Origin: an uncultured Alphaproteobacteria bacterium
GTDB lineage: Bacteria; Pseudomonadota; Alphaproteobacteria; Reyranellales; Reyranellaceae
Reading direction: 5' to 3'
NCBI GenBank assembly: GCA_963843185.1
Contig: CAWJJJ010000023.1
Span: 61,040-125,039 of the forward strand
DNA length: 64,000 bases
Every line of letters starts with the position of its first letter. Position 1 is the stretch's first letter. Made by a program: the position numbers and the translations under genes. The notes under the pieces were generated by a model. The model saw nothing but the letters and a program-made list of their open reading frames with translations. It did not search any database and was not told the origin of the DNA. Below are positions 45,967 through 55,967 of this stretch, piece by piece.

Positions 45967-45977
45967 GATTCGACCCC

Positions 45978-46445
45978 CTAGCTGCCGTACACGATGGACA
46001 TCGTCTTGGCCACGCAGGCCGACCGCTCCTGCCCTTCGATCTCGATGGTGACTTGGTTGGCGAGCCGCACGCCGCCGCCGTCCATCGGATCGGCCGCGAT
46101 GAGCTTGGCGCGGGCGCGCACCTTAGAGCCGGCCGGCAACGGGCTGGCGAAGTGCACCTTGTTGCAGCCGTAGTTGATGCTGTTCCGGACGCTGTTGATA
46201 TGCGAAATCTGGTGACTGAGCATGGGGATCAGCGACAATGTCAGGAAACCGTGGGCGATGGTCTTGCCGCCCGGCATATCTTTTTTGGCTCGTTCGACAT
46301 CGACATGGATCCATTGATGGTCGCCGGTCGCGTCGGCGAAGCGGTTGATACGATCCTGAGAAACCTCTACCCAGTCACTGACCCCAATTTCCTGACCCAC
46401 GTATTTGGGCATTTCATTCGGGTGGGGGAATTCCCGTTTTGCCAT
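45978..46445 (-). CDS. MaoC family dehydratase
   Basis: FADATGDHQWIHVD, IAHGFLTLSL, NYG. Confidence 0.9.
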   Translation of the reverse strand: MAKREFPHPNEMPKYVGQEIGVSDWVEVSQDRINRFADATGDHQWIHVDVERAKKDMPGGKTIAHGFLTLSLIPMLSHQISHINSVRNSINYGCNKVHFASPLPAGSKVRARAKLIAADPMDGGGVRLANQVTIEIEGQERSACVAKTMSIVYGS

Positions 46446-46512
46446 TTCCTACCTCGGCCGTGTTTTATTGCCTTGCCTCTGCAAAATAGCACGAAATCGT
46501 TCCCCTGCGGAC

Positions 46513-46568
<56 letters not shown>

Positions 46569-46727
46569 CGAGGAGGCAGCCCCCATCCACAATGCGAAAT
46601 CATAGTCGAATGGTTGTGGACGCCAGTTTCCAATCGAGTGCCATTTGTTAGCGATTGGGTACCATTTGTATCGTCGCTGCCTTTTGCTCATCATGCCAGC
46701 CACAAGAATGCACATGAGGGACCCCGG

Positions 46728-47549
46728 ATGGCGTATGAAACAGTCCTCTACAACGTCGCCGATCGCATTTGCACGGTCACGCTCAACCGGCCAGAGAAGC
46801 TCAATGCGTGGACTCGCCAGATGCATCTCGACCTCAAGGGCGCCATGCACGATGCGGGAGCCGATCCCGACGTCCGAGTGATAATTCTGACAGGCGCCGG
46901 CCGCGGTTTCTGCGCCGGCGCCGACATGGGCGGACTGCAGGCGATCGGAGCCGGCGGCAGCACGGACCGATCGAGCAAGGCGGAGGCTGGTCTTGCGGGC
47001 GGCAGCACCCTCCCTGAGTTCCGGATGAACTACTCATATTTTCCGGCAATTCCGAAATTCATCATTGCTGCAATCAACGGGCCAGCCGCCGGCCTGGGCT
47101 TCGTCATCCCGCTCTACGCGGATCTGCGCTTCGCAGCGGAATCGGCTGTGTTCACTACCGCCTTCGCCCAGCGCGGACTGATTGCCGAACACGGCGTGAG
47201 CTGGCTGCTGCCGCGGCTGGTCGGGCTGCCGGCGGCGATGGACCTGCTGTGCTCGGCGCGCAAATTCCGAGCGCCGGAGGCTTTGGCCATGGGGCTGGTG
47301 AGCCGGGTCATCGCCGACGACAAGCTGATGGCCGAGACCCGCGCCTACGCCCGGCTAATGGCCGACACGGTCTCGCCGCGCTCAGTGACGGTGATGAAGC
47401 GGCAGGTCTGGGAGGCCGAGTTCCAAACCCTGGCTGAGGCTACGACCCAGGCCAACTACGAGATGGATCTCTCGTTCCAGACCGCCGACTTCAAGGAGGG
47501 CGTCGCCCATTTCCTCGAGAAGCGCGCGGCGCGGTTTACCGGGAAATGA
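46728..47549 (+). CDS. Enoyl-CoA hydratase/crotonase
   Basis: TLNRPEKLNA, FCAGADM, AAINGPAAGLG, DFKEGV.HFLEKR. Confidence 0.92.
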   Translation: MAYETVLYNVADRICTVTLNRPEKLNAWTRQMHLDLKGAMHDAGADPDVRVIILTGAGRGFCAGADMGGLQAIGAGGSTDRSSKAEAGLAGGSTLPEFRMNYSYFPAIPKFIIAAINGPAAGLGFVIPLYADLRFAAESAVFTTAFAQRGLIAEHGVSWLLPRLVGLPAAMDLLCSARKFRAPEALAMGLVSRVIADDKLMAETRAYARLMADTVSPRSVTVMKRQVWEAEFQTLAEATTQANYEMDLSFQTADFKEGVAHFLEKRAARFTGK

Positions 47550-47559
47550 CGGCTTTCGC

Positions 47560-48357
47560 TTAAACCTTCTCGGTCTCGCTGGCGCGCGGCTGCCAGGTCA
47601 TCAGCCGGTGCTCCGCGACGCCAACCGCGGCGTCGAGCGCCAAAGCGAAGACCGTCAGGAGGAGGATGCCGGCAAATACCGCGTTGATGTCGAACGTTCC
47701 TTCGGCCTGCAGGATCAGGTAGCCGACGCCGCGCGCCGAGCCGAGATATTCGCCGACCACGGCGCCGACGAAGGCCAGGCCAACGGCGTTGTGCAGGCTG
47801 GCGAACACCCAGCTCATGGCCGAGGGCAGGTAGATCGAGCGCAGGAGCTGATGCCGCGAAGCGCCCAGCATGCGCGCATTGGCGATCAGGTTCGGGCTGA
47901 CCTCGCGCACGCCCTGGTAGACGTTGAAGAACACCACGAAGAAAACCAGGGTGACGCCCAGCGCCACCTTCGACCAGATGCCGAGCCCGAACCACACCGC
48001 GAAGATCGGCGCCAGCACGACCCTGGGCATGGAGTTGAAGCCCTTGATGTAGGGATCCATCACCGCCGACGCGGTCGGCGACAGAGCAAGCCACAGGCCG
48101 ACGCCCAGCCCGAATGACGATCCGATCACGAAACCCAGCACGGTTTCGAGCAGCGTGACGCCGAGATGGATGAAGATGTCGCCGGACCAGAACCAGTCGA
48201 CGAGGACCCAGAACACCTTCTGCGGCTCGCCGAAGAAGAAGGCAGCGCGGTTGTCCTGCTCGAAATAGAAGGGCGGCACCAGGCCGGGCGCGGTCAGCAC
48301 GTACCAGGCGACGACCAGCAGCACGAGCACCAGGATCTGCAGGCTGCGCAGACGCAT
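47560..48357 (-). CDS. NitT/TauT-type ABC permease
   Basis: NARMLGAS loop; GAVVGEYLGS. Confidence 0.9.
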   Translation of the reverse strand: MRLRSLQILVLVLLVVAWYVLTAPGLVPPFYFEQDNRAAFFFGEPQKVFWVLVDWFWSGDIFIHLGVTLLETVLGFVIGSSFGLGVGLWLALSPTASAVMDPYIKGFNSMPRVVLAPIFAVWFGLGIWSKVALGVTLVFFVVFFNVYQGVREVSPNLIANARMLGASRHQLLRSIYLPSAMSWVFASLHNAVGLAFVGAVVGEYLGSARGVGYLILQAEGTFDINAVFAGILLLTVFALALDAAVGVAEHRLMTWQPRASETEKV

Positions 48358-48358
48358 G

Positions 48359-49186
48359 TCAGGCGACCTTCTGCTGCGCGTAGGCCTTGAGAACCTCTTC
48401 CTTCATGGCCGCCCAGATCTCGCGGTGGAGATCGAGAAAGGCGGGCGTCATGCGGATCTCCGAAACGTCGCGCGGCCTGGGCAGGTCGACCTTGAAGTCG
48501 CCGATCGGCCGCGTCGCCGGTCCGGCCGATAGCACGATCACGCGGTCTGCGAGCGCGATCGCTTCCTCGAGGTCGTGGGTGATGAACAGCACCGACTTCC
48601 GGTCCTCGGCCCACAGCGCCAAAAGCTCGTTCTCCATGAGCTGGCGGGTCTGCACGTCGAGGGCGGAGAAGGGTTCGTCCATCAGCAGGATGTCCGGGCT
48701 GAGGATCAAGGTCTGCGCCAGCGCCAGCCGCTTGCGCATGCCGCCCGACATCTGGTGCGGGTAGCGATCGCCGAAACCCGCGAGGCCTACCCGGCGCAAC
48801 CACTCCTCGCCCTGCGCCAGCGCCGCGGCGCGGGGCACACCGCGAAACTCCAGGCCCGCGATCACATTGTCGATGCCGGTCCGCCACGGCATCAGCGCGT
48901 CGGCCTGGAACATGTAGCCCGCGCGCCGATTGACGCCCTCGGTCGCCACCAGGGGCATGCCGAACACCTCGACTGTGCCGGATGACGGCCCGAGCAGGCC
49001 GGCCGCCACGTTGAGCAGGGTCGACTTGCCGCAGCCGGTCGGACCGACCACCGACACGAACTCGCCCTTGGCCACCTTCAAGGTGGCGTTGGCGACCGCG
49101 GTATAGGGATCGCTTCGTCCGTCACGGTTGGCGAAGCGACAGGTGATGTCGGCCAGCGCAAGCGCCGGCGCTCCCTCGATCGACAC
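48359..49186 (-). CDS. NitT/TauT-type ABC ATP-binding protein
   Basis: GPTGCGKS, YPHQMSGGMRKR, LMDEPF, THDLEEA. Confidence 0.92.
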   Translation of the reverse strand: MSIEGAPALALADITCRFANRDGRSDPYTAVANATLKVAKGEFVSVVGPTGCGKSTLLNVAAGLLGPSSGTVEVFGMPLVATEGVNRRAGYMFQADALMPWRTGIDNVIAGLEFRGVPRAAALAQGEEWLRRVGLAGFGDRYPHQMSGGMRKRLALAQTLILSPDILLMDEPFSALDVQTRQLMENELLALWAEDRKSVLFITHDLEEAIALADRVIVLSAGPATRPIGDFKVDLPRPRDVSEIRMTPAFLDLHREIWAAMKEEVLKAYAQQKVA

Positions 49187-49192
49187 GCCGAA

Positions 49193-50230
49193 CTAGGAGT
49201 GCTTCTTGGCGCGCTGGGCGAACTCGTTGGTCCACGTGTCCGCGAGCTTGATCTTCGACGGATCGATCTTGGGATCGCCCTCGGCCAGGAACTTCAGGCA
49301 GTTCGCCGGCCCGTCCGGCGGCATCATGCCGTCGGGCGATATGGTCCCGCGCACGTTGGCAAAGGCCTTCTCGTAGATCGCCTTGTCTCCCAGCAGGTAG
49401 GCCGTCGGCACCGACTTGGCGACTTCGGACGGCGGCGCCGTCTGCAGCCATTCGTCGGCCCGCACGATGGCCGTCGCCAGCGCCTGCGCCGTGTTGGGTG
49501 TCTTGGTAAGGAGCGCCGGCTGGGCATAGAGGCATGCCGCCGGCATCGAGCCGCCGAACAGTTCCTGGTTGCCCTTCATGGTGCGGGTGTCGACCACGAT
49601 CTTGATCAGGTTCTTTTCCTGAAGAATCGTGAGCGCGGGGTCGGCCTGCGAGATTCCGTCGACCGACTTGTTCTCGACCGCCGCCACCACCGAAGCGCCG
49701 GCACCGACACCGACGGCCACGATGTCGGTGGCCTTGAGCCCGCCCTTGGCCGCCCAATTGGTGACCAGCATCTGGGTCTGGGAGCCGGGCGCCGTGACGC
49801 CGAACTTCATGCCCTTGATGTCGGCCGGTCCCTTGACCCTGGCCGCCACGTCGTTGCGCAAGCCGATGGCAAGCTGCATGCCCCGGCCGATCAGGGCGAA
49901 GCCCTTGATGGGCTGGCCGCGCTGCTGCATGCGGATCGTGTGCTCGTAGGCGCCGGCCACCACGTCGGCGCTGCCGCCCATCAGGGCTTCGAGCGACTTG
50001 GCGCCGCCCTGGAAGTCGTTGATCTCGACGTCGAGCCCGGCATCCTTGAAGAAGCCCTTGGTCTCCGCAATCGTGAGCGACAGGTAGTAGAGGGCCGACT
50101 TGCCGCCGACGGCCAGTATCACCTTGGTTTTCTCAGGCTTGCCCGTTTGGGCGCGCGCGACGTAAGGCGCGGCCACGAGGATCGGGGCTGCCGCCAGAAT
50201 CGCGCGGCGCCGCATGTGCAGCTTGGTCAT
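49193..50230 (-). CDS. NitT/TauT (NMT1-like) ABC substrate-binding protein, Tat signal
   Basis: MRRRAIL leader; YYLSLTIAE..GFFKD.GL; GAYEHT; GVTAPGS. Confidence 0.88.
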   Translation of the reverse strand: MTKLHMRRRAILAAAPILVAAPYVARAQTGKPEKTKVILAVGGKSALYYLSLTIAETKGFFKDAGLDVEINDFQGGAKSLEALMGGSADVVAGAYEHTIRMQQRGQPIKGFALIGRGMQLAIGLRNDVAARVKGPADIKGMKFGVTAPGSQTQMLVTNWAAKGGLKATDIVAVGVGAGASVVAAVENKSVDGISQADPALTILQEKNLIKIVVDTRTMKGNQELFGGSMPAACLYAQPALLTKTPNTAQALATAIVRADEWLQTAPPSEVAKSVPTAYLLGDKAIYEKAFANVRGTISPDGMMPPDGPANCLKFLAEGDPKIDPSKIKLADTWTNEFAQRAKKHS

Positions 50231-50322
50231 TGCTTCCTCCAGGAATGGATATTGGCCGGGAGATTGCCGCAAGGCCTGACGGCCGGCAACCGCGCTAAAG
50301 GACCCGTTTTTGCCGTCGCGGG

Positions 50323-51186
50323 CTATTTGAACGTTCGCTCGTTCCACCATGGGAAATAGGATGGCATGCCACTGGTAACCTTCATGGGGAATCTGGCCGG
50401 GCGCTTCTCCAAAAAGGCGGTCACGCCCTCCTTCACGTCGGCCGACTTGCCGCGCGCGTAGATTCCCTTGGAGTCCACCTTGTGCGCTTCCATAGGATGG
50501 TCGGCGCCCAGCATCTTCCAGATCATCTGGCGATTAAGAGCTACAGACACCGGCGCGGTGTTGTCGGCGATCTCGCGGGCGAGCGCAGAGGCGGCCGGCA
50601 GAAGCTCGTCAGCCTTGTGGATCGAGCGAACCAGCCGGCCTTTCAGCGCTTCGTCGGCCGAGAACACACGGCCGGTCATCACCCACTCCAGCGCTTGCTG
50701 CGGACCCACGAGACGCGGCAGGAACCAGCTCGAGCAGGCTTCCATGACGATGGCGCGGCGGGCGAACACGAAGCCGTAGCGCGCTGCCTCCGAGGCGAGG
50801 CGCACATCCATGGCGAGTTGCATGGTGACGCCGACGCCGACCGCGGGGCCGTTACAAGCCGCGATGGTCGGCTTGAGCGCGTCGTAAAGTCGGAGCGTGA
50901 ACAGGCCGCCACCGTCGCGATGGCCGGCGAGGCCGGGATCGACCGGGCCGCGATTCTCGGAGTTGAAAGTGTTGGCGCCGCCCGACAGATCGGCGCCGGC
51001 GCAGAAACCGCGGCCCGCTCCGGTGAACACAATGACGCGCACATCATCGTCACGGTCGGCACGATCCATCGCGTCGAGCAACTCCGACAGCATCTTGCCG
51101 GTGAAGGCGTTGAGCCTGTCCGGCCGGTTGAGCGTGACAGTGAGGATGTTGTCCTCGACCTCGTACTTGATCTGCTCGTAGTTCAT
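50323..51186 (-). CDS. Enoyl-CoA hydratase/crotonase
   Basis: TLNRPDRLNAF, FCAGADLS, NGPAVGVG, EACSSWFLPR. Confidence 0.92.
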   Translation of the reverse strand: MNYEQIKYEVEDNILTVTLNRPDRLNAFTGKMLSELLDAMDRADRDDDVRVIVFTGAGRGFCAGADLSGGANTFNSENRGPVDPGLAGHRDGGGLFTLRLYDALKPTIAACNGPAVGVGVTMQLAMDVRLASEAARYGFVFARRAIVMEACSSWFLPRLVGPQQALEWVMTGRVFSADEALKGRLVRSIHKADELLPAASALAREIADNTAPVSVALNRQMIWKMLGADHPMEAHKVDSKGIYARGKSADVKEGVTAFLEKRPARFPMKVTSGMPSYFPWWNERTFK

Positions 51187-51202
51187 TCACGTTTCCTTGT
51201 TT

Positions 51203-51289
51203 GTCATCCCGAGTCGCACGGATCATATCCGCGCTGAAGCGAGGGATCCTTCTGCGCCGGATCCTTCGGCCCGAAGGCTTCAGGATGAC
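51203..51289. repeat. Palindromic REP/MITE-like intergenic element
   Basis: Terminal IRs GTCATCC..GGATGAC; internal GAGGGATCC..GGATCCTTC hairpin. Confidence 0.7.
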
Positions 51290-51299
51290 GGCTGCGCCG

Positions 51300-51631
51300 T
51301 CACCCCTGATTGATCAGCACCACACCGCCCATGATGAGGGCGATGCCGCCGATCTGCTTGATGCCGAACACCTCGCCAAAAAGGAAGTGTCCGAGCACCG
51401 CCACGATCGCATAGGAGAGCGAGACGCTGGGAAAGGCGACCGATACTGGGATCTTGCGCAGCGCGATGAGGTAGAGGAAGGCTGCCGAGCCGTAGAGGGC
51501 GAGCCCGCAGAGCGTCGAGGGTCGCAGCAGCTGGCTCACGAATTCCGGCGCATCGGCGCCCGCCTTGAGCAGCATCTGGCCGGCAATGCCGGCCAAGATG
51601 CCGATCCCAGCGCCACATAGTAGACGGTCAT
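51300..51631 (-). CDS. Small EamA/SMR-type (ArnE/F-like) putative lipid-sugar flippase (frameshift ~51608)
   Basis: GQMLLK, YLIALRKIPVSVAFP, FGE; ATGA-coupled to GT2. Confidence 0.75.
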
Positions 51632-52669
51632 CGTTCAGGACTCCCTTGGGAAGGCTCGCGGTGCGGCTGACCGGCCGCGCGCGTGTCGACTTTCGGTCGC
51701 TCGACTTCCAGGCCGCCTCCGTGCTCTTCCGGCCGGCGATGGAAGACCTCGCGCACGAGATATTGCGGCTTGCGATTGACTGCCAGGAACATGCGGCCGA
51801 GATACTCGCCGATCACGCCGAGCACGACGAGCTGCACGCCCGCCAGCACCAGGACGGCGACCATCAGCGAGGCCCAGCCCTGTGGCGGCTTGTCGGAGAC
51901 GATCGCCTCGACGATGATGATTACGGCGGCGAGTGCGCCCAGCGCGCCGAAGGCGAGGCCAAACAGGGTGGCGAGCCTGAAGCGGCATCACCGAGAAATT
52001 GAGGAACATCGAGAGCCACAGCCGCACCAGCCGGCGCAGGGTGTAGTTCGATTTGCCCTCATTGCGCGGCAGATGCTCGACCTGGACGCGGCCGACATTC
52101 TGCGTCACCTGGAACACCAGCCCGTCGACGTAGGGGTACGGGCCCTCGTAGCTCGCCACGATGCGCTCGCGCACGAAGGCGGAGATGCAGCGGAAGCTCG
52201 AGAGATAGAGGCCGTGCGGCTTGTCGATCAGGCGGTCGGCGCACCAGTTGGTGAAACGGCTGCCCCAATTGCGCCAGGCGGCGTGCTGCTTCTCCGCATA
52301 GTAGGTGTAGACCGCGTCGTAGTTGCCGTCGCGCGCATGCTCGAAAAGACGCTTCACCTCGCCCGGAGGGTTCTGCAGATCGTCGTCCATGGTGATGGTG
52401 TAGGCGCCCCGCGCGCGGGCAAGACCCGCCATCACCGCATTGTGCTCGCCGAAATTGCGACTGAGGCTCAGCACCGTGACCGGCGCACCCGGCTGGGCGG
52501 CGAGCTGCTTGCAGACATCGAGGCTGTTGTCCGGGCTGTTGTCGACCACCAGCACGATCTCGAGCCCGCCTTCAATCGCCAGGCCACGCAGCGCGTCAAC
52601 CAGTTCGCCCACGGTTCCGGCGCCATTGTAGACGGGCACGACGATGGAAAGCGCCGGTGCCTCAACCAT
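51628..52669 (-). CDS. GT2 polyprenyl-phosphate glycosyltransferase (ArnC/GtrB-like; frameshift ~51983)
   Basis: SIVVPVYN, LSRNFGEHNA, MDDDLQNPP, two C-terminal TM, GEYLGR..KPQY. Confidence 0.88.
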
Positions 52670-53402
52670 CGCGCGCCGCGACGACGATCAGGGAGCCGCC
52701 GAACGGCAGGCTGAGACCGGCCGCTATCGTCGCCCGCTCGATGGCGAGCACCGTCGAAAACAGCGCATCGAGCCAGCGCGGATAGTCGCGCACGTCGCTT
52801 TCGGCGTCGCGGCGCTCGACCAGTCGATGAAGCAGCATCAGGGGAAACAACAGGGTGTTCCAATAACTGGATCGGAGGACGCGGAAGCCGTGCCCGGCGA
52901 GCAGTGCGCGCGCCTGGCCGCCGGTGAAGCGGCGGACATTGTGCACGCGCCGGTCATGCGCCGACAACAGCCAGCCATAGGCCGGCAGATTGAAAATCGC
53001 GATCGCGCCGGGCCCGAGGCAGCGATGCGCCTCTTTCAGGGCGAGGACCGGTTCCACCCCGCCATGACACAGCACGTCGAGCGAGAGATAGGCGCCGAGG
53101 GTACCATCGCCGAGCGGCATTTCGTTGACCGAACCCGCCGCCACCGGCCGACCTGCCTTGGTCGCGGCGAGCGCGGCCGCGACGGCATCGTATTCCAGCC
53201 CAAAGGTGGCCCGGCCTGCCACCGTGGGTCCCAGTTTCAACAGCATGCCGCCGGTGCCGCAGCCCGCGTCGAGCACGGGGGCCGTGCCCCGCAAGCCGGT
53301 CAGCGCCGGGACAAGAAGTTGCGCGGCAAGCGCACGCAGGCCGCGATACCACCACATGCGGTCCTCGACCTCGTGCATGCGCTCGTATTCGGCCCGCTCC
53401 AC
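52662..53402 (-). CDS. Class I SAM-dependent methyltransferase
   Basis: EY.RM..VED..WWY, LDAGCGTG, DVLCH, SAHDRRVHNVRRF. Confidence 0.88.
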   Translation of the reverse strand: MERAEYERMHEVEDRMWWYRGLRALAAQLLVPALTGLRGTAPVLDAGCGTGGMLLKLGPTVAGRATFGLEYDAVAAALAATKAGRPVAAGSVNEMPLGDGTLGAYLSLDVLCHGGVEPVLALKEAHRCLGPGAIAIFNLPAYGWLLSAHDRRVHNVRRFTGGQARALLAGHGFRVLRSSYWNTLLFPLMLLHRLVERRDAESDVRDYPRWLDALFSTVLAIERATIAAGLSLPFGGSLIVVAARDG

Positions 53403-53462
53403 CCCGTGCCTGCCCTCGCAAATGTCTTCCTTGCCGCCCGCTTATGATATCTTCGCCCCGCC

Positions 53463-55040
53463 TTGCCAACCGTCACGACCAAACCTCCGATAATCCCGCA
53501 GCGTGTCGAACGGCTGCTGCTGGTGCCGTTGTTTGCACTGCCCATCCTGTGGCTGGCCGGCTACTTCTTCCCGCCCATCAACCACGACGTGGCGGCGATC
53601 CTCGACGTCTCGGCGCGCTGGATCGGCGGCGAGCGACTCTATGTCGAGATCATCGACGAGAACCTGCCGCTCACCTTCGTCGTGCATGCGCTACCGGTGC
53701 TCACGGCGAAGATCCTGCCGGGCAACGCCACTTTCTGGTTCACTGCCTGGGTAGTGGCCGGCATCTTCGCCTCCTTCTGGGCCTGCCGCCGGCTGGTCCG
53801 GCTCGTGCCCTCGGCCGACCATGCACTCACCGAGGCACTGCTGCCGCCGGTGCTGCTGTTCCTGTTCACCGTGCTGCCCAACGAGCATTTCGGCCAGCGC
53901 GAACACATCATGTTCGTGGCCAGCGCACCCTATATGATCGCCGCGATGGCCCGCGCCGAGGGCGTGGCCCTGACGCGCGGTGCCGCCATTGCCGTCGGCC
54001 TGGTCGCCGGCGTGGCATTCGCCATGAAGCCGTACTACCTCGCCATTCCGGCTGCGGTTGAGCTCTACCTGCTGATCCGCCGCGGCTGGCGGACGACGCT
54101 CACCGATCCCATTCCATGGGCGATCGCGCTCGTTGCCCTGGCTCATATCGTGTCGATGTACACAATCTTTCGGGCCTACGGCAACTTCGTGCTGCCGCTT
54201 GCCGTCGAGGCCTATACGCCGATCGGCGACACGGGCTGGCGCGGCGTGCTGACCAGCAACGTGCTGGCCCCCACCCTGATCGCGCTCCTGATCTTCGGCG
54301 CGATCGCCGTGGTCTTCACCAAGACGATCTCGGCGCGCGTCCTCGTGATGTTCGGCATCGGGGCGGCGATCTCGGCCATCGCCCAGGCCAAGGGCTGGCC
54401 TTATCACGTGCTGCCCGCCCTGTCGGCCGCGATCCTGCTCGCCGCGCTCACAGTGTCGCAGACCGTCGACCGTTACCTGCCGATCAGCCGCAGCAGCCAT
54501 CACCTGCCGGTATCCGTGATCTCCGCCACCTTGATGGTGCTGCTCTACTTCCAGGCCGCGCTCTACACGCCGCCCTTCTACAAGCAGCGCCAGTTCGAGG
54601 ATTCGATCGGCGGGCGGCTGCAGCACATCATTGAGCAGAACGCGCCACACCGCACGATCCTGGCGCTCTCGCCCGGCATCTACCCGCTATGGCCGATGAT
54701 CAATTACATCGGCGGCCGCATGACCATGCGGTTTCTCAGCATGTGGGTGCTGCAGGGCGTTTACGCGACCTGCGACGACTTCCCCGCCCTCTACAATCCG
54801 CCCGACACGATGAGCGATTCCGAGAAGTTCGTGTTGGACGCAGTGAGCGAGGATTTCGCCCGCGAGCAGCCCGATCTGCTGATCGTCGACCGCATTGCCG
54901 GCATCCCACGCTGTCAGGGCAAGGAGTTCGACTACCTCGAATACTTCATGCAGAATCGCGTGTTCGCCGACGCCTTCGAGGGCTACGAGCACCTCATGGA
55001 CTTCGACCGCTACCGGATCTACCGGCACAAGAAGAAATAG
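53463..55040 (+). CDS. Multi-pass membrane protein, probable GT-C (ArnT/GtrC-like) glycosyltransferase
   Basis: NHDV after TM1, LYVEIIDEN.P, FGQREH, KPYY, KGWPYH; periplasmic C-terminal domain. Confidence 0.65.
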   Translation: MPTVTTKPPIIPQRVERLLLVPLFALPILWLAGYFFPPINHDVAAILDVSARWIGGERLYVEIIDENLPLTFVVHALPVLTAKILPGNATFWFTAWVVAGIFASFWACRRLVRLVPSADHALTEALLPPVLLFLFTVLPNEHFGQREHIMFVASAPYMIAAMARAEGVALTRGAAIAVGLVAGVAFAMKPYYLAIPAAVELYLLIRRGWRTTLTDPIPWAIALVALAHIVSMYTIFRAYGNFVLPLAVEAYTPIGDTGWRGVLTSNVLAPTLIALLIFGAIAVVFTKTISARVLVMFGIGAAISAIAQAKGWPYHVLPALSAAILLAALTVSQTVDRYLPISRSSHHLPVSVISATLMVLLYFQAALYTPPFYKQRQFEDSIGGRLQHIIEQNAPHRTILALSPGIYPLWPMINYIGGRMTMRFLSMWVLQGVYATCDDFPALYNPPDTMSDSEKFVLDAVSEDFAREQPDLLIVDRIAGIPRCQGKEFDYLEYFMQNRVFADAFEGYEHLMDFDRYRIYRHKKK

Positions 55041-55061
55041 AGCCCCATGTCAGGACGGGGC

Positions 55062-55523
55062 CTACTCCCACTTGCCCGACACCTTGGCGCGCATCGCCTC
55101 GGGGATCTTGTCGATGTCGGGCACCTTGAAGACGCCCGACGCCACCAGGACGATCTCGCCGCCGCAGACAAGATCGCAGCTGCAGAAGCAGAAGTTGACC
55201 GTGCGTCGGGCGATGCGCGCGGTGCCTTCGAGCCACTGTCCGAGCTTGGCGCCGCGCACGAACTCGGTGCTGAGCGATATCGTCGGGTGCGGCCAGCGGA
55301 TGCCGGTGACGTGGCCCGAGCCCGCCCCCATCACCATGTCGGCCACGGTGACCAGCAGCCCGCCATGTGCCCAGCCCATCGGGTTGCCGTGACGGGCCTC
55401 GAGCGGGAGGCCGACCCGGAGCTTCTCGTCTTCGGCCTTGAACCAGAGCGGGCCGATCAGGCCGACAAAATCGTCGGTGACGTTCAGCTTGCGGAAACCT
55501 TCGGGGATCAGCTTGTCGGTCAT
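55062..55523 (-). CDS. PaaI family thioesterase
   Basis: HGNPMGWAHGGLLVTVAD. Confidence 0.88.
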   Translation of the reverse strand: MTDKLIPEGFRKLNVTDDFVGLIGPLWFKAEDEKLRVGLPLEARHGNPMGWAHGGLLVTVADMVMGAGSGHVTGIRWPHPTISLSTEFVRGAKLGQWLEGTARIARRTVNFCFCSCDLVCGGEIVLVASGVFKVPDIDKIPEAMRAKVSGKWE

Positions 55524-55963
55524 GTCGGCATTCCGTCCTTGGAGGTGGCGAACTTGGTGAGGGCGGCGCGCACCGCCGGATCGAACGGCATGCTGCGATG
55601 GGTCTCCTCGTTCAGCGACACCATGATCGCCTTGAGCACCGCGGTGCAGTTGCCCTCGCCATCGAACAGCCCGTGACCGATCACGCACTTCCGCTCGTGC
55701 ACTTCGAGCAGGCGGGCGCAGGCCGTGGCGCGGCCGGGGTAGAACATCTGGCGCTTGAAATCGATTTCGAGCCGGCCGACCACGACGCGAAAGCGTGGCA
55801 GGCCGGAGCGCACGATGCCGTGCATGTAGGAGACGCGGGCATTTTCGAGGAGCTGTAGGAAGGCGCCGTTGTTGACGTGGCCATTGGCGTCGACGTCGGC
55901 AAAACGCAGATGCTCCTCGGTGGCGAAGCCGTAGATCCGCCGGTCCGTCAGGTCGAAGCTCAC
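55520..55963 (-). CDS. 4HBT/FcbC-like acyl-CoA thioesterase
   Basis: RFADVDANGHVNN..LENAR. Confidence 0.88.
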   Translation of the reverse strand: MSFDLTDRRIYGFATEEHLRFADVDANGHVNNGAFLQLLENARVSYMHGIVRSGLPRFRVVVGRLEIDFKRQMFYPGRATACARLLEVHERKCVIGHGLFDGEGNCTAVLKAIMVSLNEETHRSMPFDPAVRAALTKFATSKDGMPT

Positions 55964-55967
55964 AGGA

